Source: Candidatus Eiseniibacteriota bacterium | GTDB lineage: Bacteria > Eisenbacteria > RBG-16-71-46 > DASYSL01 | Direction: 5' to 3' | Length of the DNA: 14,631 nucleotides | Assembly (NCBI GenBank): GCA_031431875.1 | Contig: JANPEF010000015.1 | Span: 1 to 14,631 of the forward strand | In this document: one piece after another, positions 1 through 8,900 of the stretch | How positions within the stretch are numbered: the first letter of the stretch is position 1 | Layout of the letters: each line of letters opens with the position of its first letter | Notes under the pieces: generated by a model | The model's database searches: none | Told to the model about the DNA's origin: nothing | The model's input: only the letters and a program-made list of their open reading frames with translations | Made by a program: the position numbers and the translations under genes

Positions 1-412
<412 letters not shown>

Positions 413-564
413 GGAACCCCCCTTTCGTTGCTTGTAGTCACCCGTTTCTCTTATCGGTTGTCAGTTCGTCTGGCGCTGATGGGTCAAAGTCGATTTTTCG
501 CTGGGGTCGCGGATTCGCTCCCGTTTCCGGCTTTTCGGTCCTGGTCCCTTCAGCGCAACTATTT

Positions 565-680
<116 letters not shown>

Positions 681-688
681 TTCTTCCG

Positions 689-726
689 AACGGGGATCGA
701 TCGCGAGATCGGTCCCCGTTTCGCTA
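689..726 (+). terminator. Rho-independent terminator of the rRNA operon
   Basis: Stem AACGGGGATCGATC (689-702) / GATCGGTCCCCGTT (707-720) with one G-U pair and a GCGA (GNRA) tetraloop, running into a short T-containing tract, 8 nt after the 5S. Confidence 0.85.
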
Positions 727-881
727 TTCCCCTCGTCTCCCCGATTCATGCCGCGCAATCCACCTGCCGGTCTGGTTCGTACACGGGTCGGAGCCCACTG
801 CCGTCGCCGCTGCGATGCAGGCTCCCGATCGCAATGCAGTTCGAACCCGTGATGGACCGAACCCCTCCAGGAGGCCCGGCG

Positions 882-1757
882 ATGAAGCTTGCTCTCGCGC
901 ATTGGATGTCCGCTGCCGCATTCGCGGCTGCACTCGTTGTCCCCGCCCCGGCCCGCGCGGCCGAGGAACTGTGGGCGCTCACGACCACGAACAACCTGAT
1001 CAACTTCTCGAGCGCCACGCCGGGTGCGTTCTCGTTGCGCCCGATCACCGGCCTCGCGCCGGGCGAAGTGGCGCTGGGCATCGACTTCCGGCCGGCGATG
1101 CCGTCGGGCCGCCTGTACGTCCTCGGGAGCACGGGGCGCCTGTACCTGGTTGCCGATCCGAACTCGGGGGCGGCCGTGGCGGTGGGAGGCGCGCCGTTCG
1201 CGACGCCCTTGTCGGGTACGGAGTTCGGCTTCGACTTCAACCCGACCGTCGATCGGGACCGGATCGTGAGCGATGCCGACCAGAACATGCGCGCGCACCC
1301 CGACCTGGGGACGATCGTGGCCGTTGACTCGATGCTGTACTACGTGGGCGGCGACGTGAACGCGGGCCAGAACCCGAACGTCACGGCCGCGGCGTACACC
1401 AACAACGTCGCCGGCGCGGTGACGACCACGCTGTACGACATCGACTCGAACCTCGACGTCCTCGCCATCCAGCTCCCGCCGAACGTCGGGCGCTTGACCA
1501 CCGTCGGCGGCCTGGGCATCGACGTCACGCACGACAATGGCTTCGACATCTCGGGCAACACGGCGATCGCCTACCTGGTCTCGGGCTGGGGCCCGACGAA
1601 CGCGGCGCTCTACCAGGTGAACCTGGCGAGTGGCGCGACGACGCTGGTCGGCGCGATCGGTTGCAACGAGCGCGTGCGTGGACTGTCGGTGGGTCGCGAG
1701 TACCCGACGGCGTCGGCAGCGACGACGTGGGGCCGGGTGAAGGGCGTGTACCGGTAA
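882..1757 (+). CDS. Secreted DUF4394-domain protein (291 aa) with C-terminal TTWGRVKGVYR tail
   Basis: AGGAGG (869-874) precedes ATG 882. Sec-type signal peptide MKLALAHWMSAAAFAAALVVPAPARA. Motifs GIDFRPA, GRLY, FGFDFNPTVDR, AAAYTN, TTLYDID and GFDI match my recollection of DUF4394. Confidence 0.88.
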   Translation: MKLALAHWMSAAAFAAALVVPAPARAAEELWALTTTNNLINFSSATPGAFSLRPITGLAPGEVALGIDFRPAMPSGRLYVLGSTGRLYLVADPNSGAAVAVGGAPFATPLSGTEFGFDFNPTVDRDRIVSDADQNMRAHPDLGTIVAVDSMLYYVGGDVNAGQNPNVTAAAYTNNVAGAVTTTLYDIDSNLDVLAIQLPPNVGRLTTVGGLGIDVTHDNGFDISGNTAIAYLVSGWGPTNAALYQVNLASGATTLVGAIGCNERVRGLSVGREYPTASAATTWGRVKGVYR

Positions 1758-1802
1758 ATCGCAGGGATTTCAGGGCGGCCGTCTGCATGGGGGTAGGCGT
1801 CC

Positions 1803-1850
1803 GACGCGAAGGCCCCCGGAGTGTGGTTCGCTCCGGGGGCCGCTTGCGTC
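1803..1850. terminator. Probable bidirectional terminator hairpin between convergent genes
   Basis: Perfect 11-bp stem GGCCCCCGGAG (1811-1821) / CTCCGGGGGCC (1831-1841), extendable with GACGCGA (1803-1809) / TTGCGTC (1844-1850). T-tracts are weak on both sides. Confidence 0.72.
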
Positions 1851-1875
1851 TGGTGTCGCCAGGCGATCGCCGGTC

Positions 1876-2529
1876 TTATCCGCGGCCTTCGCGGCGAGCG
1901 AGCAGGCGAGTGCGGTGCGTCGGGCCCAGGATCGGGATCGCGAGGATGCGATCGAGCTCCGCCGGTGCGGGCGAGGCGTGGAACAGCGCGGCAATCAGGT
2001 CGGCCATACTCAGGCCGTGCGGATCGGCGGCCTCGAGCTCGATGGGATCGCCGCCAGCGACGGAGCCTGGCGTCAGGACGCGCAGGTAGAAGCCGAGGCG
2101 ACCCGAGGCGAGGAACGGCGCGACGATGCCGGGGTCGCCGGTGCGAATTCCGAGCTTGAAGCAGGGCACGCGCGGGTTGGTGACCTGCACGCGCGCGGTG
2201 CCCAGGCGGAAGACGTCGCCGACGTGGACGGTGGTCTCGAGCAGGCCCTCGCTCGTGATGTTCTCGCCGAAGAGGCCGGGTTCATGGAGACGTGCGGGGA
2301 GGCGCGCGGCCCAGTGCGCGTAGTGCTCGTGCGGGTAGAGGTAGGCGGCCTGGGCCGCCCCCCCGTGATGCTGTGTGTCGGCCTGCCCGTCGCCGGCGAA
2401 ACCGAGTTCGCCGAGGTGGACCGGACCGGCGACCTTGTGCTTGAAGATTGCCGTGCGCGCGACGTCGCCGTCCTGCTCGACGTCGCGCGGGGTTCCGACC
2501 TGCAGCGAGACGACCCGTCCCCGGATCAC
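1876..2529 (-). CDS. yiiM: MOSC domain protein, YiiM-like (217 aa)
   Basis: Motifs TAIFK, GDGQAD..HHGG, FGENIT, VGDVFRLG, QVTNPRVPCFKL (conserved Cys), GRLGFYLRVL..G.V..GD, plus a helical C-terminal region. Start taken as GTG at 2529. The upstream part of the 356-aa track ORF overlaps other genes. Confidence 0.92.
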   Translation of the reverse strand: MIRGRVVSLQVGTPRDVEQDGDVARTAIFKHKVAGPVHLGELGFAGDGQADTQHHGGAAQAAYLYPHEHYAHWAARLPARLHEPGLFGENITSEGLLETTVHVGDVFRLGTARVQVTNPRVPCFKLGIRTGDPGIVAPFLASGRLGFYLRVLTPGSVAGGDPIELEAADPHGLSMADLIAALFHASPAPAELDRILAIPILGPTHRTRLLARREGRG

Positions 2530-2567
2530 GGCTCGATCCGCAGTCCGTCCTTCTCCATCGCGCCCGC

Positions 2568-2726
2568 CTAGTAGGGGTGACCGATCGGGCCGCCGATGGT
2601 CATCGAGCTGCCGTAGAACGGACCCGGGACGCTGACGCTCATGTAGCCCGTGCAGCTGCTGCTTCCCAGCGCGATGCCCAGAAGGACGCCGAGGAACACG
2701 AGGCGCTGCAGGCGCGACGAAATCAT
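2568..2726 (-). CDS. Small putative lipoprotein (52 aa; about 28-aa mature peptide)
   Basis: AAGGAG SD upstream of ATG 2726. MISSRLQRLVFLGVLLGIALGSSSC has a basic n-region, hydrophobic core and Cys (lipobox atypical). Fills the gap between VOC and MOSC on the same strand. Alternative ATG at 2756. Confidence 0.68.
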   Translation of the reverse strand: MISSRLQRLVFLGVLLGIALGSSSCTGYMSVSVPGPFYGSSMTIGGPIGHPY

Positions 2727-2764
2727 GGTGCGGCTCCTTGCGCGGGGACGGCTCATGGCCGCGC

Positions 2765-3646
2765 TCACAGGGGGTACTTCTGGACGGCGACGGCGCCGCC
2801 GGCGGGATCGGCGATGATCGCGACGCTGCTCTTGCGCACGGCCTCGCTGGGGGCGAGCAGGGTCTTGCCGCCCCGGGTGACCGCCTGCTTCGCGGTCGCG
2901 GCGGGATCCTCGACCTGCACGTAGGGCATCCAGTACGCCCGCGCACCGGCGACCGGGTTCTTCATGATGCCGGCCCGCGGCGAGCCCTGGGACTTGAGCA
3001 CCGAGTAGTCGCCGAGCTTGTCGACGGGCGTGGTGGCCACGTCGTAGGCGAGCAGGCTCTTGTACTGGGCGACCGCGGCCGTCGGATTGTCGGTCCACAG
3101 CTCGCTCCAGAGCCATCCGCCGACGACCGGTCCACGGTCCTCGGGGTCGCCGGTCCTGGCGCGCACGAATGCGACGACGGCGCCGCCGGCGTCCTGGACG
3201 ACGGCGACCTGCCCGCGATCGCCGTAGTTCGTCGCGGCGACCAAAACCTTGCCGCCCGAGGCGGTGAACGTGGTGACGGCGGTCTTCACGTCGGGCACCG
3301 AGATCGAGACGACCCACTGGTGCACGCTCGGTGTGCCTTCCTTCTTGGGCACGCGCACGATGCCGCCGATGGCGACGCCCTTGTGATAGATCGTCGTGTA
3401 GGGGGCGTCATCCGATCCGCCGGCCGTGAAGTCCCAGCCGAACACGGACGAATAGAACTTCTTGGCGCCGGCGACGTCGTGAGTGACGAGGTCCCGCCAG
3501 ACGACCTTGCCCTCGCGGTAGGTCTTCGTCGGATCCGCCGTGAGCGGGGGAATCGAGCCGGACGACGAGCAACCGGCGAGCATGGCCGTGAGGACTCCGA
3601 GCACAGCGATTGCGTGGAATCTCCGGCCGAATCGGAACAAGTCCAT
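2765..3646 (-). CDS. Lipoprotein with two tandem VOC (glyoxalase/bleomycin-resistance-like) domains (293 aa)
   Basis: GGAGGT SD before ATG 3646 and lipobox LAGC. Two homologous halves: VVWRDLVTHD...AKKFYSSVFGW...GGKVL...GQVAVVQDAGGA and WLWSELWTDN...QYKSLLAY...WMPYVQVED...GGKTL...AIIADPAGG. Confidence 0.92.
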   Translation of the reverse strand: MDLFRFGRRFHAIAVLGVLTAMLAGCSSSGSIPPLTADPTKTYREGKVVWRDLVTHDVAGAKKFYSSVFGWDFTAGGSDDAPYTTIYHKGVAIGGIVRVPKKEGTPSVHQWVVSISVPDVKTAVTTFTASGGKVLVAATNYGDRGQVAVVQDAGGAVVAFVRARTGDPEDRGPVVGGWLWSELWTDNPTAAVAQYKSLLAYDVATTPVDKLGDYSVLKSQGSPRAGIMKNPVAGARAYWMPYVQVEDPAATAKQAVTRGGKTLLAPSEAVRKSSVAIIADPAGGAVAVQKYPL

Positions 3647-3818
3647 CGGTACCTCCCTGGTCCAAGACCGGGCCGCAGCATCCCGGGTATGCAGTTTCCT
3701 GTCAACCGTGCGGGATACCGGTGCCGGATCGTGGCTGGTCGCGGACCGCGATTCGGTGCAGGATCGGTGGGATCGACCCCGCAATCCGACTGTCGCCGTC
3801 GAACGAGGAGCCGGCCCG

Positions 3819-5933
3819 ATGTCCCAGCAGTGTCTCTCCCGATGGACTCGCGCCCTCACCCTCCTCGGCATCGGGGCCCTGGCCGTGGCAACGCTCCCCG
3901 CCACGGGGCACACCGAGCCGCGCGTGATCGGACAGACGCAAGGGGACGTCCGGGTCTTGCGCGGGCCGGGCGCGACCCCGGCTGCCGGAGCCGCGTCGGC
4001 GACCGCAACCGCGAGCGCTGCCGCAGCGGCGGAAGCGGAGGCGACTGCCGCGCCGCTGTTCGCCCCGCCGCCGGCCCCGGGCGACTCGGCGGCGCGCGTG
4101 TGGGCGGGGCGTATCGTCGACGCATACGGCGGCCCGGCCGCGCTGCTCGACTGGATCGAGCGGGGCGAGCGACGGGGCGTGCAGGTGACGCAATCGCCGG
4201 TGCGGGCCGAGGCCCGCGTCGTCGAGCGCCGCGCCGGATCGCGCGTGCGCTTCGATGCGCGCGTGGCGGGGCTCGACTACACGATGGTCTCCACACCCGA
4301 GGGCGACTGGCAGTCGTTGTACGGAATCGTGTCGGACATGCCCGCGCAGGAGCGCGACTACGTCGCGACCCTGCGCTCGCACGACGAGAACCTGCTGCTC
4401 GCGGCGCGGCGGGGCACCCTGCCGGCGCGCCTCGAGGCTGCGGCCGCCGGAAGTGACACGGTCGCGCTCCTCGTCTGGGGTGCGCGCGGCAGCGCGACGC
4501 GTTTCCGCGCCGCGCGCAGCGATGGGCGGCTCGCCACGCTCGAGTTCGTCGATCGCAGTCCCGACGGCGCGGGCGATGCGCTGCACCTGGCGCGTTTCAC
4601 CGACTGGCGCGCAGTCGGGCCGGACCGCGCGCCGTTGCGGGCCCGGCACGACGGTCACGTGCCCGGGCGCATGATCGAGTTCGTGGCCGGGGCGCCGTCG
4701 GGGGAGAGCGTCCTCGACACGCTCGACCTGACGAGGGAGGTTCCCGCGTCGTTCTTCGTCCGGCCGGGCGCGGCACCGGCGCCGGCGGGCTCGCCCCGGC
4801 GCTCGATCCTCGCCCTCGAGCGCCACGGCGATCATCACTTCGCCGACGTCCGGTTCCCCAATCACGGCACGCGGCGCTTCCTCGTCGACAGTGGCGCCGC
4901 CGTGACCGCGGTCTCGCGCGAGTTGGCGGCCGAGCTCGCGATCGCGCCCGAGGAGCTGGTCGACATCGCCGGCGTCGGCGGCGGCGCGACGGCGCAGGCC
5001 GCCCTGTTTCCGCCGTTCGAGCTCGGATCGCACCGGCTGGGCGGCGTGCGCGGGGTCGTGCTCGACCTGAAGAGCCTGTCGACGGCGCTTGGCACGTTGA
5101 TCGACGGGGTGCTCGGCGTGTCGGCGTTCGCCCGTTTCGCGGTCACCTGGGACTTCGAGCGCGGCACGCTCGAGATCGCCGAGAGCCGCGATGCGCAGCC
5201 CTCCGGTCCGCGCGGGACGCGTGTGCCGTTCACTATGGCGGGCGGACTCGTGTTCGCGCCGGTGCGTGTCGACGGTGGCGACGCCAGCGACTTCGTGGTC
5301 GACACCGGGTCGTGGCGGACGTTCCTGTCGGCGACGCTCGCCGGCGGCGTGACCAACCCTTCCGACCGCCGTCTGCCGGGCATTCCCTACGCCGGCATCG
5401 ACGGTCGACAGGTGTCGACCGACGCACTCAGGCTGCGCAGCCTCGAGATCGGCGGGCTGGTCGTGCCGCGGCCCATCGTGCTCGCACCGTCGCCGACCGA
5501 CGCCGGCAAGGATGCGCTCGGCGCGATGACCCGCGATCGAGGCGTGCTCGGCCTCGACGTGCTGCGCCGCTTCCGCCTGACGCTCGACTTTCCGCGGCAG
5601 GAGATGTTGCTCGAGCCGGTGGCCGTGGAGGTCCCCGCCGACGATGCGGCGGTCGAATATTTCTCCGGGCCCGGCGTGGCGCTCGCCCCGGACGCGCATG
5701 GCGGGAGCGCAAGGGTCACGCGGGTTCTCGCCGAATCGCCTGCGGCGGCGCTCGGCGTGCGTGTCGGCGACCAGGTGGTGGCCATCGATGGGAAGAATAT
5801 CGATCGGGCGACGGCGGAGGAGCTCGCGGAGGAACTCAGCGGGCCGGCCGGCACGCGGGTTCTGCTCCGCATGCGCAGCGCGAAGGGCGGCGAGGAGCGA
5901 ACGCTCACCGTGATTCGCGCGCTCCTCCTCTAG
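3819..5933 (+). CDS. Secreted aspartyl protease with two retropepsin-like domains and C-terminal PDZ (704 aa)
   Basis: GAGGAG SD before ATG 3819, signal peptide and Ala/Pro linker. Catalytic motifs FLVDSGA (Asp at 4887) and FVVDTGS (Asp at 5301), each followed by a GVLG motif. PDZ signature GPGVAL...SPAAALGVRVGDQVVAIDG. Confidence 0.9.
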   Translation: MSQQCLSRWTRALTLLGIGALAVATLPATGHTEPRVIGQTQGDVRVLRGPGATPAAGAASATATASAAAAAEAEATAAPLFAPPPAPGDSAARVWAGRIVDAYGGPAALLDWIERGERRGVQVTQSPVRAEARVVERRAGSRVRFDARVAGLDYTMVSTPEGDWQSLYGIVSDMPAQERDYVATLRSHDENLLLAARRGTLPARLEAAAAGSDTVALLVWGARGSATRFRAARSDGRLATLEFVDRSPDGAGDALHLARFTDWRAVGPDRAPLRARHDGHVPGRMIEFVAGAPSGESVLDTLDLTREVPASFFVRPGAAPAPAGSPRRSILALERHGDHHFADVRFPNHGTRRFLVDSGAAVTAVSRELAAELAIAPEELVDIAGVGGGATAQAALFPPFELGSHRLGGVRGVVLDLKSLSTALGTLIDGVLGVSAFARFAVTWDFERGTLEIAESRDAQPSGPRGTRVPFTMAGGLVFAPVRVDGGDASDFVVDTGSWRTFLSATLAGGVTNPSDRRLPGIPYAGIDGRQVSTDALRLRSLEIGGLVVPRPIVLAPSPTDAGKDALGAMTRDRGVLGLDVLRRFRLTLDFPRQEMLLEPVAVEVPADDAAVEYFSGPGVALAPDAHGGSARVTRVLAESPAAALGVRVGDQVVAIDGKNIDRATAEELAEELSGPAGTRVLLRMRSAKGGEERTLTVIRALLL

Positions 5934-5955
5934 CCGGAGCCCGGGCGGAGCCGCG

Positions 5956-8900
5956 CTACGGCGCCCCGGCGAGCACGACGAGCTTGCGCGTGCGCCGCGC
6001 GCCCGCCGCGTCGAGCGCGAGCACATACACGCCCGGCGTCAGCCGGGCGCCGCCCTCGCCGCGGCCGTCGAAGGCGAGCCCGTGCGGCCCGGGTGCCAGC
6101 GGTCCATCGACCAGCGTGCGCACGCGCCGGCCCGCGACGTCGAACAGCGCCAGGCGGACCGCGGTCGTCGCGTCGCCCGGAAGCGACGGGACCGTGAAGG
6201 CGAGTCGGGCCATTCCGGCGGGCGCCGGTTGCGGGGCCGGGGCGGCCAGGACGAGCCCGCCGTGGGCAACGGAACCGCGCTGGGAATCGTCGCTGGCGAC
6301 CGCGCTCTGCTCGTCGACGAGGTGCACGCCGATCGGCACCGCGGTGAGCACCGAACGCTTGCCCGACGGCCAGTCGACCACCACCGAGTCCGCCACCGTG
6401 CCGTTGCCCAGTCCGAACTCGACGGGCACGCTCGACTGCGACCCGAACCCCGCCCCGCCCGTGACGACGCGGTGCTGCACGCGCGGCCCGGTGCGCACGC
6501 GCACGGCAGCGCCGAAGCCATCGCGATTGGAGGCGCGCCCGAGCAGGGCGATCTCGAGGCGGTGCTGGTTCGTCTCCTCGTTGCGCCACAGCTGGTTCGC
6601 CTGTCCGTTCCCGACGGTCACGTAGAGATCGAGGTCGCCGTCGCGATCGTAGTCGGCCCACGCCGCGGCGCGCGTCGTCGCGCTGACGCCCAGCGGCGCG
6701 ATCGCGCTGAACTGGCCGCCGGTGTTGAGCGAGAGGCGGTTCTCGCCGACCAGGCCCGACTGCGCCAGGTTGCCGACGAAGAGGTCGAGGTCCGCGTCGT
6801 TGTCGACGTCGGCGAACGTGCCGACCGTCGAGTAGTACGCGCTGGCCGCGTTGCGCAGCCCGGTGACGTCGGCGAACGAGCCGTCGCCGAGGTTCCGGTA
6901 GAGCCAGTTCGGGCCGCCGGCGCCGGTGACGTACAGGTCGGTCCGGCCATCCCCGTCGAAGTCGGCCCACTCTGCGGCGAAGCCGCTGGTTCCCGCGGAC
7001 ACCCCCGCGGCACTCGTCGCATCGGCAAACACGAGTGCGCCGGAGTCACGCAGCAGGTTCTTGTAGAGCCGCGAGGCACCGTCGAAGCCGGTCACGTACA
7101 GGTCGTCGTCGCCGTCGCGATCGTAGTCGCACCACGCGGCCGACAGCGACGTGCCGGCGAAGCCCGTGCCGGTCGCGGCCGTCACGTCGGTGAACGTGCC
7201 GTCGCCGTCGCCGGTGAACAGGGCCGCCTGGCCCGCGGCGTCGGTGAGATACAGGTCGGCGACGCCGTCGCGGTTCGCGTCGGCCCACGCGCACGAGCGG
7301 CCCTCGGCGGTGCGCAGGAGGCCGCTCGCGGCGGTCACGTCGACGAACACGGAGTCGCCGCTGTCGGCACGACGGTTCTGCAGCAGCCGGCCGGTGCCGA
7401 TCGCGCTGACGAACAGGTCGAGGTCGCCGTCCTTGTCGTAGTCGCACCACGCGGCGCCCTGCGTGTCGCCGGCGATCGCCAGCCCCCACGCCGCGGCGCG
7501 GTTGGTGAACGTCGTGCCGTTGTTGCGGTAGCACGCGGTCGTTCCCCCGAGGGCGGTGACGAACAGGTCGGGGTCCCCGTCGGCGTCGACGTCGCCCCAG
7601 GCGCAGCCGCGGCTGTTGCCGGTGAGCGCCACGCCCGCGGCCACGCCGACCTCGGTGAAGGCCGCGGTCGTGCCGCCGGTGCGCAGGACGCGCAGCGCGT
7701 AGGTCCCGTAGACTCCGAGGTCCGCGGCGTGCACCAGCCGCGCGTAGTAGGGACCCGCGTCGGTCGCGAGGAACTCGACACGCGACGAGGCGTCGACCGC
7801 GGTGCGGTCGTCGCTCGTCGCGATAATCGTCGACTGGTCCGGGCCGAGCACCGTGAGATGCGTGTTCCCGTCGGACAGGAGGTCGGTGGTCTCGACCACG
7901 TAGGTCTGCGCGGGAATGGTGTCGAAGCGCGCGTGATCGGTGTCGCCGAAGCCGTAGAACGTACGCTCCTGGGGTGCGCCGGTGGTCGCGATCACCGGGG
8001 CCTGGGCGATCGCGTCGTCGGGCTCGAACGCATCGGCGACGTAGCGGATCGACAGCGCGGAGAAGGCCGCCGCCATCTCGGCACTGAAGCCCTTCGACGA
8101 CCCCGGCTTGAACCAGCCGTCCCAGAAGTCCTCGAGCGAGACGTTGCTGACGGTCGGCGCCGGCAGCACGTTCTCGACCACGTCCCACGGCTCGGCCGCC
8201 GGGCGCGCCAGCGCGTCGTCGTCGACGCCGGGCGTCAGGTCGGCCGTGGCCGCATCGTCGAGGATGTCCCACAACGTGCCGCTGACCGCCACTTCGCTGG
8301 CCGCGCCGAGCGCGGGGACGCTCGGTCCCTCGATCTCGAACGAGAAGTTGAGGTTCCCCGGGCCCGGCCCTCCCTGCGTGTCGATGTACGCCGCGGCGAG
8401 CGGCGTGCGGCCCAGGGCCCGCCGCGTGGCCGCGGCGAAGAACGTGGCCCAGCCCTCGGACCACGCGAGGCGCAGGTCCTGGAAGTTGTCGCCGATGTAG
8501 TGCGTGCCGCCGGGGCTGTCGTCGTTCGACCAGTTGCGGGCGATGAAGTGGCCCTGCTCGTGGCCGATCACGGTGTCGTCGTAGCCCTCGCCGCCGCGCA
8601 GGTGGATCGAGTTCGTCCCGGGCTCGAAGTACGTTCCATCGACCGAATTCGCCTGCCAGTACGCGGTGAGGCGGATCGGGGGGCGCGACCCGCCCTGCAA
8701 CTGGGCGTAGAAATCGCAGCCGTCCAGCAACACGTCGAACCCGTTGAAGGCCTCGCCTCCCGCGCCCGGCAGCGCCGTCGTGGTGCCGAAGTCGACGTTG
8801 ACCGACGGATCGTGGGCGGCGACGAGCGCGCCGCTGACGCTGTAGGGCAGGCGCTGGGTCGCGTTGTTGCGCAGGTCGAGCAGCAGGCCGGCCGTGCCGC

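Noticed and set aside
774..859. tRNA-like element (acceptor-like stem 774-780/852-858 and GTTCGAAC loop)
   Set aside because: No U8, no canonical D-loop or 7-nt anticodon loop, mismatched T-stem and no CCA. Kept only as a possible structured leader.
834..881. Upstream ATG start for the DUF4394 gene
   Set aside because: The AGGAGG SD and the signal peptide both point to ATG 882.
2530..2946. N-terminal extension of the MOSC ORF in the ORF track
   Set aside because: Arg/Pro-rich non-protein-like sequence that overlaps the VOC and small lipoprotein genes in other frames.
3647..3818. ECF-sigma-like promoter motifs in the VOC/protease divergent region (and at 755-781)
   Set aside because: Only short, degenerate matches with inconsistent spacing; not distinguishable from chance.
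3702..6026. 774-aa antisense ORF
   Set aside because: Shadow of the aspartyl protease gene caused by stop-codon scarcity in high-GC DNA; no recognisable motifs.
6619..7599. Recurring DNA words (e.g. CAGGTCG, GTAGTCG) as a possible CRISPR or tandem repeat array
   Set aside because: They are degenerate, codon-phased copies explained by the FG-GAP protein repeats.
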